64,000 bases of DNA from Balanoglossus misakiensis (GCA_040954595.2 CM082580.2:10084390-10148389); one strand, 5' to 3'; shown: positions 44,899 through 58,623, counted from the stretch's first letter. Made by a program: numbers and translations. The notes: generated by a model from the letters alone, not told the origin.

Positions 44899-46104
44899 TT
44901 AATCGCTAGTTGTCTTCAATCAAATGTTGATCGGGATAATTCAGTAAAGATATCAAATTGTCCACCCCGTAATGTTCGCTGACCTCAATTACCCGCGCCA
45001 CTATAAACTAGGACGATTGTTAGACTCAACTGTCTTGGCTTGACTGTAGTGACAGTTTGACTGTGCTTAAGACTACCAGACCAAGTGCGTCGTGTTTGGC
45101 TACTTTCAAAATACCTCAACGACTAGAGTTCTGCGGGGACTGGGTGCAAAATGGGCAAATAAGGGTTTCACAGGATATACTCTATATGTAGGATAGTAAG
45201 CGGTGCTCACTGGACCACAGTCCAGTGTGCGGACCCTGGGCCGGACTGGTCATGTGTCGTGGTCGGACAATCGCACTCATCTCCCCCCCCCCCCAGCTCT
45301 CCGCCCACAACCTGTGAACACTAACCTCATCTATAATTTTTAAAGCCAAGCCCAGCTCTTACCTCCGTGTCCACAAACTGCTGAGGTGAAGAACTGTAGG
45401 AGACGAGCGTGAAAACGATCACGTAGCACGATTCTTTGTAAGTTAGTACACTCAATCAGCTCGTCATAAGTAAACACTGGGTGCGGCTGCGCGCTGTACC
45501 TTTAACCTTTAGTTGACTGTGGCTGCATAATAGCCTATGCAGCCTGCGCCGTGTTTCAATCTACGCATATGTAACTTGTCCATAGAAACGGCCGGTTAGT
45601 CCAAGGGTAGTCCATAGTCAGCATACAGTCCCTCTATTCATTGTGGCCGGTAGATTCGAGTCGATGAATTACGTAACATTTGACATTGCATATACTGCTG
45701 AAGTTTTCTACACGATACGACAATATATGTGCCTTAATACACCGAGCCGAACGAATATTTATCTCTTATGCATGTAATTTATTATCAGAAATTAAATTAC
45801 AATACAAATCTATTTTTTCCTGCAAGAATAGTGTACAGGCAAAACGGTATTTATGCAGACTCTTGCTTTTGAGCGATCCATTTCTGAACAAAACTTATCT
45901 GGATATCGAAAATGATATCTTATGGAGAACGGGGGACGTGCATGCCTCCTAGTTATTTAAACTGGGCATGTGCACGCACTGTGGAAATCTTGTATCCTGC
46001 TGTTTGAAATTGTTGTCACAATGTCAGTGCTTAGTTTACACTACATGCAGGTCAGCCTGGGAAGAGCAACCTGGCAACCGTATGTATCTTGCTGTTGGAC
46101 GTTG

Positions 46105-49100
46105 TCATTTCACTCGCTCACCGCAAACGTAGACTTCCTTGATATTGCGGTCATCTCCTAAAAATGAGCAAAACGATATGATGAGAGGGGGGGGGGCTTA
46201 ATTAAATTGTTGATAATTTGTGATTGCATCCTTTCAGATCGCGGTACGTTAATTTTAAACGACGCCCTCTCGTGGTGAGATAGGATTTTCTCCCATAACA
46301 TTTTCTATGTGGAAGAATTGTATAACTCAGTCGAAAAGTCGACTTACCTAGGTACAGGAACTTCTGTATTTTGTCCTGTGAGAATACCGAAGGAATTAAA
46401 GTTTAACTCTTGTTTTTTTACTCCGACTGGAAAACCTGCCGCTCGATCGACGAATCTCCCAGTCTTGTGGACGGATTATGAAAGATGCTTACAAATTGAA
46501 ATACGCATTCTCAGAAGTTTATCGAAATCAAATCACACGGTTTTTCATTTTACCACTTCCATACTGACCTCGACACTATCCTTGTAAAGGTCATCGATGA
46601 CGTCGAAGGGACTGTCCTCACAGCAAACATCAATCAGCAAAGCGTCGAATTCCTTACCGACATCAAAGTTACCAATTTTGTCGTCGAGTCCTAGAACTGA
46701 AAAAAAGGTCAGATGTTTCAACGAGTTCCAAGTCGTTGTCCGTTATAAGTAATAATTGGTCAAAATACCGCGATATCTACAGTCACATGTACTCACCCTG
46801 ACTTCCGCCCAGTGTTGCCAACATGAATGCCTCCCTGTACTCTATCGGTTGATAGTCACCGCCTTTCCCTAGCGACTGTAACTTAGACACGATGATGGCT
46901 TGCCTCATCGCGTCGAGTATCGATGGTTGGTAACCGCCGGCAACGTCTGCGATTCGAAAGACAAAAATACATGCATGGTCATGTGTCTGAACTGCCGTCT
47001 TTTGACACGAAAAGGGCTGCTTGAATTCGCCATTACCTGTTGCAAGTCCGACTTTCATTCCCGCGTTCATCATCGTCCTCAAATCCAGCATGCCGCTTCT
47101 TACGCTGAAAAGAATAAACGAGGAATATTCAGGAGGCTAACATGTAACTTGACTAAATGGCTAATAAGAGACATAAACAGACATATTTGACGCATAATCC
47201 TGAATCGAGATTCCTCACGACAAAACTCAAAGTCAATCCCGTCCCGCCCACAAATAAAATGTTCTGGAGACTCACGCTGAATTCGAACTGGGACAATGAG
47301 CAATCCCAGTTCCTCGCCGTTTCAGAAGCTCGATTTCCTCATCACTCATGTATATACAATGGGCCATGTAACTCTATAAGAAAAAGAAAAAAAGCTGAAT
47401 TATAGGTTATGGAATGCCACAATTGATAAGCGGACAAAGGCATCACATTTGAAGAACGGTAATTGCTCGAAGAAAATTAATGGATTGCACACTCACTCTA
47501 TCGGTGAGAAGACCGCTTTTTTCGTAGACGTCAGCGTAGTTTTTGCAGTCTGGAAATAATGACGTCACCCACCTGCACTCGTCAGTGTTTTCAGACATGT
47601 GGCTCTGAAATATAAATTGGGAATTGAATGTTATTAATGCACCAGATTCTTCCCTATCTAAACAGATAGGCAGGCAGACAGGCAGGTAGACAGACAGGCA
47701 GGCAGGCAGGCAGACAGGCAGGTAGACAGACAGGCAGGCAGGCAGGCAGACAGGCAGGTAGACAGACAGGCAGGCAGGCAGGCAGGCAGGCAGACAGGCA
47801 GGTAGACAGACAGGCAGGCAGGCAGGCAGGCAGGCAGACAGGCAGGCAGGCAGGCAGACAGGCAGGTAGACAGACAGGCAGGCAGGCAGGCAGACAGGCA
47901 GGTAGACAGACAGACAGGCAGGCAGGCAGGCAGACAGGCAGGTAGACAGACAGGCAGGCAGGCAGGCAGGCAGGCAGACAGGCAGACAGGCAGGCAGACA
48001 GGCAGGCAGGCAGGCAGACAGGCAGGTAGACAGACAGACAGGCAGGCAGGCAGGCAGACAGGCAGGCAGGCAGGCAGACAGGCAGGTAGACAGACAGGCA
48101 GGCAGGCAGGCAGGCAGACAGACAGGCAGGCAGGCAGACAGGCAGGTAGACAGACAGGCAGGCAGGCAGGCAGGTAGACAGACAGGCAGGCAGGCAGGCA
48201 GACAGGCAGGTAGACAGACAGACAGGCAGGCAGGCAGGCAGACAGGCAGGTAGACAGACAGGCAGGCAGGCAGGCAGACAGGCAGGTAGACAGACAGACA
48301 GGCAGGCAGGCAGGCAGACAGGCAGGTAGACAGACAGGCAGGCAGGCAGGCAGGCAGACAGGCAGGTAGACAGACAGGCAGGCAGGCAGGCAGGCAGGCA
48401 GACAGGCAGGTAGACAGACAGGCAGGCAGACAGGCAGGTAGACAGACAGGCAGGCAGGCAGGCAGGCAGGCAGACAGGCAGGTAGACAGACAGGCAGGCA
48501 GGCAGGCAGGTAGACAGACAGGCAGGCAGGCAGGCAGACAGGCAGGTAGACAGACAGGCAGGCAGGCAGGCAGACAGGCAGGTAGACAGACAGGCAGGCA
48601 GGCAGGCAGGTAGACAGACAGGTACACAGACAGGCAGGCAGGCAGACAGGCAGGTAGACAGACAGGCAGGCAGACAGGCAGACAGGCAGGTAGACAGACA
48701 GGCAGGCAGGCAGGCAGACAGGCAGGTAGACAGACAGGCAGGCAGACAGGCAGACAGGCAGGTAGACAGACAGGCAGGCAGGCAGGCAGACAGGCAGGTA
48801 GACAGACAGACAGGCAGACAGGCAGGTAGACAGACAGGCAGGCAGGCAGGCAGACAGGCAGGTAGACAGACAGGCAGGCAGGCAGACAGGCAGGTAGACA
48901 GACAGGCAGGCAGGCAGGCAGACAGGCAGGTAGACAGACAGACAGGCAGGCAGACAGGCAGACAGGCAGGTAGACAGACAGGCAGGCAGGCAGGCAGGCA
49001 GGCAGACAGGCAGGTAGACAGACAGGCAGGCAGACAGGCAGACAGGCAGGTAGACAGACAGACAGGCAGGCAGGCAGACAGGCAGGTAGACAGACAGACA

Positions 49101-49124
49101 GGCAGGCAGACAGGCAGGTAGACA

Positions 49125-49157
<33 letters not shown>

Positions 49158-50460
49158 ACAGGCAGGTAGACAGACAGGCAGGCAGACAGGCAGACAGGCA
49201 GGTAGACAGACAGGCAGGCAGGCAGGCAGACAGGCAGGTAGACAGACAGGCAGGCAGGCAGACAGGCAGGTAGACAGACAGGCAGGCAGGCAGGCAGACA
49301 GGCAGGTAGACAGACAGACAGGCAGGCAGGCAGGCAGACAGGCAAGTAGACAGGCAGGCAGGCAGGCAGACAGGCAGGTAGACAGACAGGCAGGCAGGCA
49401 GGCAGACAGGCAGGTAGACAGACAGGCAGGCAGTCAGGCAGACAGGCAGGTAGACAGACAGGCAGGCAGGCAGGCAGGCAGACAGGCAGGTAGACAGACA
49501 GGCAGGCAGGCAGGCAGGCAGACAGGCAGGTAGACAGACAGGCAGGCAGACAGGCAGACAGGCAGGCAGGCAGACAGGCAGGCAGGTAGACAGACAGGCA
49601 GGCAGGCAGGCAGGCAGGCAGACAGGCAGGTAGACAGACAGGCAGGCAGACAGGCAGGTAGACAGACAGGCAGGCAGGCAGGCAGACAGGCAGGTAGACA
49701 GACAGGCAGGCAGGCAGACAGGCAGGTAGACAGACAGGCAGGCAGGCAGGCAGACAGGCAGGTAGACAGACAGACAGGCAGGCAGGCAGGCAGACAGGCA
49801 GGTAGACAGGCAGGCAGGCAGGCAGACAGGCAGGTAGACAGACAGGCAGGCAGGCAGGCAGACAGGCAGGTAGACAGACAGGCAGGCAGACAGGCAGGTA
49901 GACAGACAGGCAGGCAGGTAGACAGACAGGCAGGCAGGCAGGCAGACAGGCAGGTAGGCAGACAGGCAGGCAGGCAGACAGGCAGGTAGACAGACAGGCA
50001 GACAGGCAGGTAGACAGACAGGCAGGCAGGCAGGTAGACAGACAGGCAGGCAGGCAGGCAGACAGGCAGGTAGACAGACAGGCAGGCAGGCAGACAGGCA
50101 GGTAGACAGACAGGCAGGCAGGCAGGCAGACAGGCAGGTAGACAGGCAGGCAGGCAGGCAGGCAGGCAGACAGGCAGGTAGACAGACAGGCAGGCAGGCA
50201 GGCAGGCAGACAGGCAGGTAGACAGGCAGACAGGCAGGTAGAGAGACAGGCAGGCAGGCAGGCAGACAGGCAGGTAGACAGACAGGCATTCAGGCAGGTA
50301 GACAGGCAGGTAGACAGACAGGCAGGCAGGCAGGTAGACAGGCAGGTAGACAGACAGGCAGGCAGGCAGACAGGCAGGCAGACAGGCAGGTAGACAGACA
50401 GGCAGGCAGGCAGGCAGACAGGCAGGTAGACAGGCAGGTAGACAGACAGGCAGGTAGACA

Positions 50461-50510
<50 letters not shown>

Positions 50511-52581
50511 TAGACAGGCAGGCAGACGATGTGATAAACACAGACAGCGTATAGATGTACATGTAGCATGTAAAAAAAGCCCAGAACGATGTAAATAATC
50601 CGGGTTGCTCCCTACCTGAATGGGTACGTCGTATTGTTTGGCTAAGTCTCCGAGCCCCTTCATTAACTTTGCTGTGCACGAAGGTGCGAATCTGGGAGTT
50701 ATTACAGGGAAGACACGCGCATACTTTCTACTCCTCAATTCTTCTATAAACCTGACGAGACAGTTTGTTGAAGCAGAACCAAAGAGTCAAATCTTGGATT
50801 TTCAATTATAGTTTCAGATGCCATGTGGACATTTTTTTGATATTGTGTTGTTAGGGTTAATAATGTTACATTAACTTGAAGAGACACAATACCTCTTTGT
50901 TTCTTTCAATGATTCTTCCGTGGATTCGATGTAAAAGTCAGGCGAGTTTTGATCCATGTTAACTTTCCCTACAAACGCTCTCTGTCCGCGTCTAGCTGAA
51001 ATGAAATGCCACCTAAAATTAATATCTTCTGAATAATATGTACTGAATAAAACCGGTGTAGATCTAAGGTACATCGTACCAGATACGCAGTGTATCGAGG
51101 CAGTGACAGTCCTCTCGTGATCTTTGTTTTTACATTGCAATTTTAATCAGCCTGAGAACTTTTGATATATCAATATGCTTTGCAAAGGGTTGTTAGCCCA
51201 ATTGATGTATACGTGTGAAAATAGAAGTTGTTCGTTTAGGATAGAAATGTCTACCTATCTGTGATTTTCTTCACTTTGGTAAACCTGTCCTTAGGCCTAT
51301 ACACTCACCGGCAACTTCGGCCAATTTAAGAGTTGCGTTCGTGTGTTGAGTTGCGAAGTAGCTGGCTGTGGTTGTCCCCCACTGTAAAGTGCGACCCTGA
51401 AACAAATCAAGAACAAATGTGATGATGGTGGTGGTGGCGGTGACGAGGATGACTTCATCGACGACGGCGACGACAGTGGCGATGATGATGATGAAATTTA
51501 GGAACAAAGCACAACCAATTCCCACACCTACCACAGCTTTGTCGTACATACGCTCGGCAAACTCGACGTCCGCGTACTTGCTCTCGACGGGAAAGGCGTA
51601 CTTCTGAAGCCAGCCCAGCAAAGGTAGATCCATTCCCGTTCCCGAATAGGGATACTGCGACGCGTGGATGTGGGTGTCCACAAAGCCTGGAATCAGGAAT
51701 TGCCTAATTGGAGAAAAAAGCGTATTGGTGAATCTGTCGGAGATAGTCAGACAACTACAACAATGTTGCGTTGGATGATATGGATGCTTATGAGCATGAA
51801 ACAGTACCGTTTTTTTGTCTTAGAGGAAGTTGCAGCCCGATACTCATTCGCCGTTGTGTGTTAAACACGTCAGAAAGTGACGGTGGCATTTTTCTATACA
51901 ACTAAGTGGTAACGCAGAGATTGCCGTAAAGGCGCACAACGTACCCTTCTGCGAGGTTTCGCACGTCCTCCATTCTGAAATTATGATCGGAGCAGAGTTG
52001 CGGTAGTGCATCAGACTCGCACAGGAACACAATCTGAAAATACAGCGCTTTTGACGTGAACTAAAGCACATTAATCAGCCCTCACCCAAGGCTGAACTTG
52101 ACATCCCCCTTACTTACACCCACGGACACTAAAAGCTATGTAAATACCACAGCTGGGTCAGTCCTTTTCATTCATTGTGGTATTCCTGAATACCACAGCT
52201 GTGCCGCCTCCAGGGGGGAATTCACACAACAGGTAGAATCCATTTTGCTGCAGCTAGAAGAATTGTGTCATGGCCTTCTTCTGCCAGTGCTACTGAATAT
52301 AGAGGCCGGCCGATATATCGATAGCTCTGCGTGGCATACAGTAGTGCCACGTAGTGAAGTATATGGATAGATTGTCATCTAGGCTTACCACGGCTCTAAG
52401 GTGTCAACCGCAGACGGCTGGTACATGCAGTTGTCTGAAGTTTACACGAGCCACTTACTTTGCCTGCCTTGACACCCAGCAGGTGCCGTCTTAAAACTTT
52501 CATGGGCTCTTCGGGGCTGGCGTGGACCATGGTGCCGTGGAACACGTGCAGTGCCGCCATATTTTCTGTACCATTATTCAT
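46105..52581 (-). CDS. GDA: Guanine deaminase (amidohydrolase superfamily), 447 aa, 13 exons
   Basis: Exons 52459-52581, 51945-52033, 51532-51703, 51309-51396, 50893-50995, 50616-50751, 47497-47604, 47276-47373, 47037-47104, 46797-46946, 46569-46696, 46348-46375, 46105-46157; motifs PGFVDTHIHASQY, GTTTASYFAT, VITPRFAPSC, IQSHMSEN, MAHC, HCPSSN, GLATDVAGG, GDDRNI. Confidence 0.95.
47663..50527. repeat. Compound tetranucleotide satellite (GGCA/GACA/GGTA; CCTG/TCTG on the transcribed strand), ~2.9 kb, GDA intron 6
   Basis: Seen directly; recurring unit (GGCA)n-GACA-GGCA-GGTA-(GACA)2-3. Confidence 0.97.
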
Positions 52582-54003
52582 AGTGGCTTCCTCGCCAGAA
52601 AAAGGCCTAAGCCTACAGTGTCTCTTGAAGCTGTCGCCCTTCTCTGCCGTTAGAAGAGTGAAGTGACTGCGCGACTGTGATATGCCAAGGATCTGATTAT
52701 AATAGAGGTCAGGCCTAGGGAACATCCACTAATTGCTAGCGGGGTGAAAGTGTTCCATTCGTTGGATGATGCCGCATACATACATACGTGAGGACAGACA
52801 GACAGACATATGCATGCACACACAGCTATGTCTCATGCTTTGCTTGTGTCTTTCCCTTTAATTATCATCAGGTCATATTAGTGTCCCTTCAAAATTACTT
52901 CCACCAAGCCATTGCGAGCACAGCTCAAATAAGAGCGCCCTCTAGGTTAGTTTAGTCCCCAAGCCTTGGTGTGGTATTGTGTCAATGAGTGCCAGGATTG
53001 TAAGATACATATACTATGTTAGTATATTATTATATAGATACCTTTGGAATCTGGCAGCTGTAAACGTCCCCCCTTTAAGGGGAACGTGGAATCGAGACGA
53101 CCACATGACCTCTATACACGAATCGAGGGCATATTACATTAAAAATCCAATATAGTGCCAGTTGCATGAGTGAGAATTCTTCACTATAAAGAGACGAATG
53201 CTTAAAATAAGAACCAGTCGTTGGATTCTTTATTACATCGGACAGTTTCAACGATTAAAGAAAAGTGTTTGGAATATTATGCGGGTTTGTTTGAACAGAT
53301 ATGTATCAACGTACACTCGTCCTGCCAAAGTCCACTAAATAAGTGACGTCATATCGGGCCATATATTTAAAAAAAAATGAAAAAAAAAGTTCCGGTGGGA
53401 AATCAGTGACATCACGGGTATGGTTGATCATGAACATTCACAATTCCTCTGTATGTGAAATGTTGTCGTGTTAAGAAGTAGGTCATATCGCTACCCAGCC
53501 TGAGTCCCAATGGCGCTTTTTCGATTGGAATAAAATGTATTCTAGTTCTTATGGCATAAAAGTGTGAAGACGAAATAACATGGCGGCCAGTGATGATCGA
53601 GACGCGAAATTACGTAATAATAGGGCAGTTAATTTGCATTATGAACTTGAATAAATATAATAAACGTTAACGATTTACGCAATTCAATCGGTTAACCATC
53701 TTTTATGGCTCTAACAACGTAGCCACGGCGCAGTGCGCAGAAAATTTTGACGACAAATCAGAAACAGGGCCTGATATTCTTAGTAGTGTGTGAATGCTGC
53801 CATTGATCCAATCAATATATATATACATGTATATCTTTTTCTGTGTCTGTCTGCCTGTGTCTCTCAATATATACGGATAGCTGGAGAAACGAGACCAGAC
53901 AACATGTAGTCTCCTAGTGAGACTTAGTACCTCTATGGTAGTATAGAGTGCACCGCCTAAAACGACCAATACTGAGTTGGTTACACACAACGCAGGTGTC
54001 GTC

Positions 54004-54116
54004 TGCTAAGTCATGGCCATGGCAACTGGCAATAAGTGACTCATCCGGGTCATTCGGTGGAATCCCGCCCCATCCCTAAAAATCCATGGACCCATGCGCA
54101 GCCTAAAGGTGACTCA
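54004..54116 (+). promoter_or_regulatory. bZIP-site cluster upstream of the elongase
   Basis: TGCTAAGTCAT (ARE-like, 54004-54014) and TGACTCA at 54037-54043 and 54110-54116. Confidence 0.35.
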
Positions 54117-54444
54117 GTCTTGTCTCTATCCATAGGCGCTGGATACTAAGCGACCCGTTATCTCATTCTGTTAAATATTATATCTCATATTAAGGGTGTT
54201 TGAATATTATACGTACAACGCCCTGAGGCCGATTCTGGCCACGCATGATTCAGTACCGCCATAAAGCAGAAGAGCAAACAGCACACGTGCGTGCCAGACG
54301 GACGGCTCAGCTGGCGGGGACCCTTCACCTTCGAGCTGTACACGAGAAGGAAAAGTCGGAATCGTTCGTCTCCGAGCGTCGATCGCGTCAGCACAGCTCG
54401 CCAAACAACAGGCCTCAATATCTAGCCTCCTGTGAGAACAAATC

Positions 54445-55305
54445 ATGGCTTCGGCGACAGAATACGTGGGCGAAGCGCTCCTTTTCCCCAAGCCGATGGA
54501 TGACGCCGGGTACTTCGTCAGCCATCGTGCCATCGAGCTTGAGTACATGGACGTGGACAAGTGGATTGTACGTATACACAAATACTGGCACTATTCGGTG
54601 TACGTGTGCATACTTTACATCGTCACGATATTTGGCATTCAGCGGTTCATGAGGGACAGGCCCAAGTTCCACCTGAGGGGCCCCCTCGTGGCCTGGAATC
54701 TCTCCCTGTGTCTCTTCAGTATGGTGGGCGCCATCCGCTGTGTGTCGGAACTCTCCTCTCAGGCCACCAGGATCAGCTTCTACTCCTTGGTCTGCGACAA
54801 GACCGTCAATTTGCCGAACACCGGCTCCGCCTACGCCGTATGGGGCACCGTCTTTGTGCTGTCGAAACTCGTCGAACTTGGAGACACCATGTTCATCGTC
54901 TTGAGAAAACAGAAACTCATCTTCCTGCACTGGTACCACCACGTCACAGTCTTGGTCTTTTGTTTCCACAGCTACTCCGAACTGGCCAGTCTGGCGTGCT
55001 CCTTTTGCACCATGAACCTGATTGTGCACACGTTTATGTACCTGTACTACGCCATCAGAGCAGCCGGATACCGCCTGCCGAAACACGTGTGCATGGGCCT
55101 GACGTTTCTGCAGATCGCGCAGATGGTCGGGGGGTGTCTGCTACTCGCGTACACGTTCGCCATGAAATCCCAGGGCCTCAGGTGCGACATCTCAAACGCG
55201 AACCTCGCCGGGGGAGGTCTCATGTACTTCAGCTATTTCGTCCTCTTCGCCAAGTTCTTCTACGATGCGTACATGTGCAAACCGAAGCTGCAGAAACGAG
55301 ACTAA
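54445..55305 (+). CDS. ELOVL6: Fatty acid elongase, ELOVL3/6-like (GNS1/SUR4 family), single coding exon, 286 aa
   Basis: FVLSKLVELGDTMFIVLRKQKLIFLHWYHH, MNLIVHTFMYLYYA, TFLQIAQM, MYFSYFVLFAKFF; multiple TM segments; basic C-terminus KLQKRD. Exact orthology unverified. Confidence 0.92.
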   Translation: MASATEYVGEALLFPKPMDDAGYFVSHRAIELEYMDVDKWIVRIHKYWHYSVYVCILYIVTIFGIQRFMRDRPKFHLRGPLVAWNLSLCLFSMVGAIRCVSELSSQATRISFYSLVCDKTVNLPNTGSAYAVWGTVFVLSKLVELGDTMFIVLRKQKLIFLHWYHHVTVLVFCFHSYSELASLACSFCTMNLIVHTFMYLYYAIRAAGYRLPKHVCMGLTFLQIAQMVGGCLLLAYTFAMKSQGLRCDISNANLAGGGLMYFSYFVLFAKFFYDAYMCKPKLQKRD

Positions 55306-57609
55306 GAAGGCGCAGTTGCCATAGTGGCGAGGGCAGGGATCCCCTGCAGACAACACATAACATCAGAGCGGCGTTCTGCAGGTCTACTGAACTGTTAATT
55401 CTTTGATTTGTGATATTATAAAAGTATTCTGCTAAATCATTCTCAACATTAATCATACGTTGCCATGACGCCGCGCTAGAAGCCCCACTGGACGTTTGGC
55501 GGGCATAGTATGGACATTTATATTACCATGTGGTCACCTCCAAAAGTGTGAAACAACACTTGCTCCAATGAGATTACTATGGTCGCAGAAATGACCGCCA
55601 TTTTTGTTAAATTCCGCGTGACAATTAGTCTTGTTCAATTCGTTAATGAATTACTTTTCCGCCATGTAATGTAAATATTATACACCAGATATTACTGGTG
55701 TACGTCTGTGTACATGAGTGCTTGGCAACACGCATGTGCAGACCAAAATCACAAGCCCCTTCCACATGGTTGTCCCATGTTTAGCAAAATAATCACGTGA
55801 ACGTGAAACATCGACGTATTCGCCCAACAAGGAGACTATCGGTGCCTGGTACAGTCTTCTACTGAAATATTACATGTGTATTTATTGTAAAGACTCCCAC
55901 AAAGTATATTTGTTTACCAGTGTATTTTGCTTAATAACGCGTTTTTTTATGTGGCGCCCCACACCACCCTTTGTCAGATTATGCCTTGACATGAATTTTT
56001 GTTTGCACGTGAGAATTTCCTGCGTTTCTGTCCTCACCATTTAACACACACAAACGACAGCTCGAAGAATTCAAGAATATTACATAGATCACACTATGTT
56101 TCGAAACAAAGGGTTCTAGGCGGCGGAATGGACAGACGACAGAGTTTTTCAACCACTTGTTGATTATGTATTTTTCCAAGTTCTTTTATCCTCGTGTTTT
56201 CATGTTTGGTCTTGTCTTGTGATATAGTCGGGCCAGTAGGATACCTGTATTAAAACAAATAGTTTTGACATTTTTATCATTCAAGAGACGATGAAGCAAT
56301 CACAATGCAATAGGTTCTTAATTTACACATGGTTGCGTACGTGGTATATCAAATGCGCCTTTGTTTTAGATTTTTTTATTAATGATTCACGTGCTTCGAC
56401 GGACGTCTGTACATAAAGAGGTCGACGTACCAGTCTGTTCAATGCTACAGGCATTTCACTGAGCCACAGCGGATGATTTCATGTGTCTATCAAGTTAATA
56501 AGTAACGTTCCCCAACGTTGCAAACGAGGAACACGTAACGGATTCCCGCTCTTAAAATGAAAACGGTACCGGGGATTTGAAACAAGTCGGCGCATTCAGG
56601 GAATGGCAGCTAAAATGTCGAATGTCAATCATACAGACTTGTGTAGTTCTCCTTCGACTAGGGACAAGACACCATTTTTAAATAAATCATGCAATATTTA
56701 ATAACAAACTTTAAATAGTCATGTCGTATATGTGTAGAGGTGTTCGGCTTATCATTAGCAAACGTGTCCAACAAGCGATGTTTGTGTAGTGAGGGGATGA
56801 GGTCAAGGTGGTGTAAAAACCAATTGCTGGGTTTTGGAAAGAATATTAGTCACTCAGGGAAGCCCCGTAAACTTTTAAAACTAAAAATTTACTTCCACCT
56901 TTAAAATTTACGTTTTCAGTACTTGTCTATCTCTCACTATGACTCTTTTATGAATTTCCACTCCCGACTCAAGTCCCAGACAGTGCCATTAAGGTGACCC
57001 TATCTCGTCATTATGAGATGGCCGTGCGATAAATTTGCCGCCAAAACATACCATTGATAAGTCTTCATGAGTCGGCCGCTCCAGAGTGCGTATTGGCATA
57101 TGATTCGAAGACTGTCATGGCAAAAAATTGTGGCATTCCCCACTTAGGTTTTTTTGGCCAGGTCATGGCCGCGGATTGTCTATCTGAGGAAGGTGACTTG
57201 CGGTGTTGTTGTGGCAATTTACTTCTCATTACTTCTCCCTTACCGAGAAACGGTGGGTACCTCGCCCCGTTATTGGCCTATACTGGCCTGTTGGATCAGA
57301 GATAAAGTTTAAAAAACTGTATCATTGCCAGTTACCATGGTCACTACAATACTGGGGTGCAAACTGCAGATAACGTGTCAGACTTTTTTATTATGGCATA
57401 AGTGGCCTGAAAGATACTGATGCAGGCTAACTTGGTCGATGATTGACAATGTACATATACATGTAGTAAATGATTAGGCCTACAGTCCGTTGCTATATCA
57501 GAAAATGTAAATATTTTGTCAATATTTACAAATTACAACCACTCCTTGAGTTGTGTCATATCAAAGTCCTGAATGGGGTCTTGTGGGTTATTCAGGTCCG
57601 TATAAAGTT

Positions 57610-57737
57610 ATCCCAATATGTCCGGTTTCTAGAGGTTCTTTAACATGTGCTTCTATGTCAAAGGGATGGGGAAAATATGTCGTTATAGACAGGTTTCCAG
57701 ATTAGACAGAGTTCGGTTCAGACTGGTTTTACGTATA
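57610..57737. mobile_element. Probable degraded Tc1/pogo-type MITE end
   Basis: Repeated TCCGGTTT/TAGACAGGTTT-like motifs ending CGGTTCAGACTGGTTTTACGTATA; no matching left TIR found. Confidence 0.35.
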
Positions 57738-58052
57738 TAAATTTGCAAGCCAGGTTTATCGTTTTACATGTTTACAACTGTTTGGCGTATTGTTTGATCA
57801 CGTTCTTCGAGCTTCAAAACTGCTGCACCCGAAAGTCACCCATAGGGGGCGCTGTTTTGACTGACCTGGTGGATATACTCTATCCGGTAGCCAACAAAAC
57901 AAGCGAACAATAGAAAGAAAAGTTTGTGCATCTTGACTGTAAAATATCACATATTTATCTTGCTAATCTTAAAGCCACACAAGTGATACTATTGCAGAAA
58001 ATGAGGTTTAAATATACATAATGATACACATATAGGATGTATATATCCTACA

Positions 58053-58055
<3 letters not shown>

Positions 58056-58084
<29 letters not shown>
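58056..58084. repeat. (CA)n microsatellite
   Basis: Direct observation. Confidence 0.9.
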
Positions 58085-58087
<3 letters not shown>

Positions 58088-58623
58088 GCGTTCCTGCATG
58101 TGTCCATTACAAATTAATTTGGACATAAATTAACCTTGTCTTATTCTAAGAAAACCATGTTATATTAAAAGCACAGAAATTATCATTGACTATAATTTAA
58201 ATATGAAAACTTATTATTGCATAATGCAATGTTAATTATATGGTAAATATTACCTCTATTACAGGATTACATTAAGGAAAGTGTCTTAACAATATTATAC
58301 ACCTTCAACCTTACCAAAACACACATCCACTATGTCTAATACTGTGGCACCCCCGGGGGGTAGTACTAGTACTTTTTTCTGAAAAATAACAACGAAACCT
58401 GAATATTTTGAAGTTTCTTGTTCAAACATGAGTCACACTTAAATTTACAGGTATTAGTTTACAAATATATTATGATTTTTGTTATTAAGTTATATTAAAT
58501 ATCCACATGAGTAAACGTCACCAATAAGTATAAGAAGATTAGTCTTGGAATGCTTTGTTTGGGGGTAAAAAACTGCACATTGTTCTGAGGTGGTTTCAAT
58601 TTTTCCCCTACACTACAGGCATC

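Noticed and set aside
47443-50738. 948-, 971- and 434-aa LPAC-rich ORFs
   Set aside because: Translations of a stop-poor tetranucleotide satellite within a GDA intron.
54245-55406. Long alternative-frame and antisense ORFs over the elongase (135, 223, 281 aa)
   Set aside because: Expected by-product of GC3-rich codon usage; no recognisable motifs.
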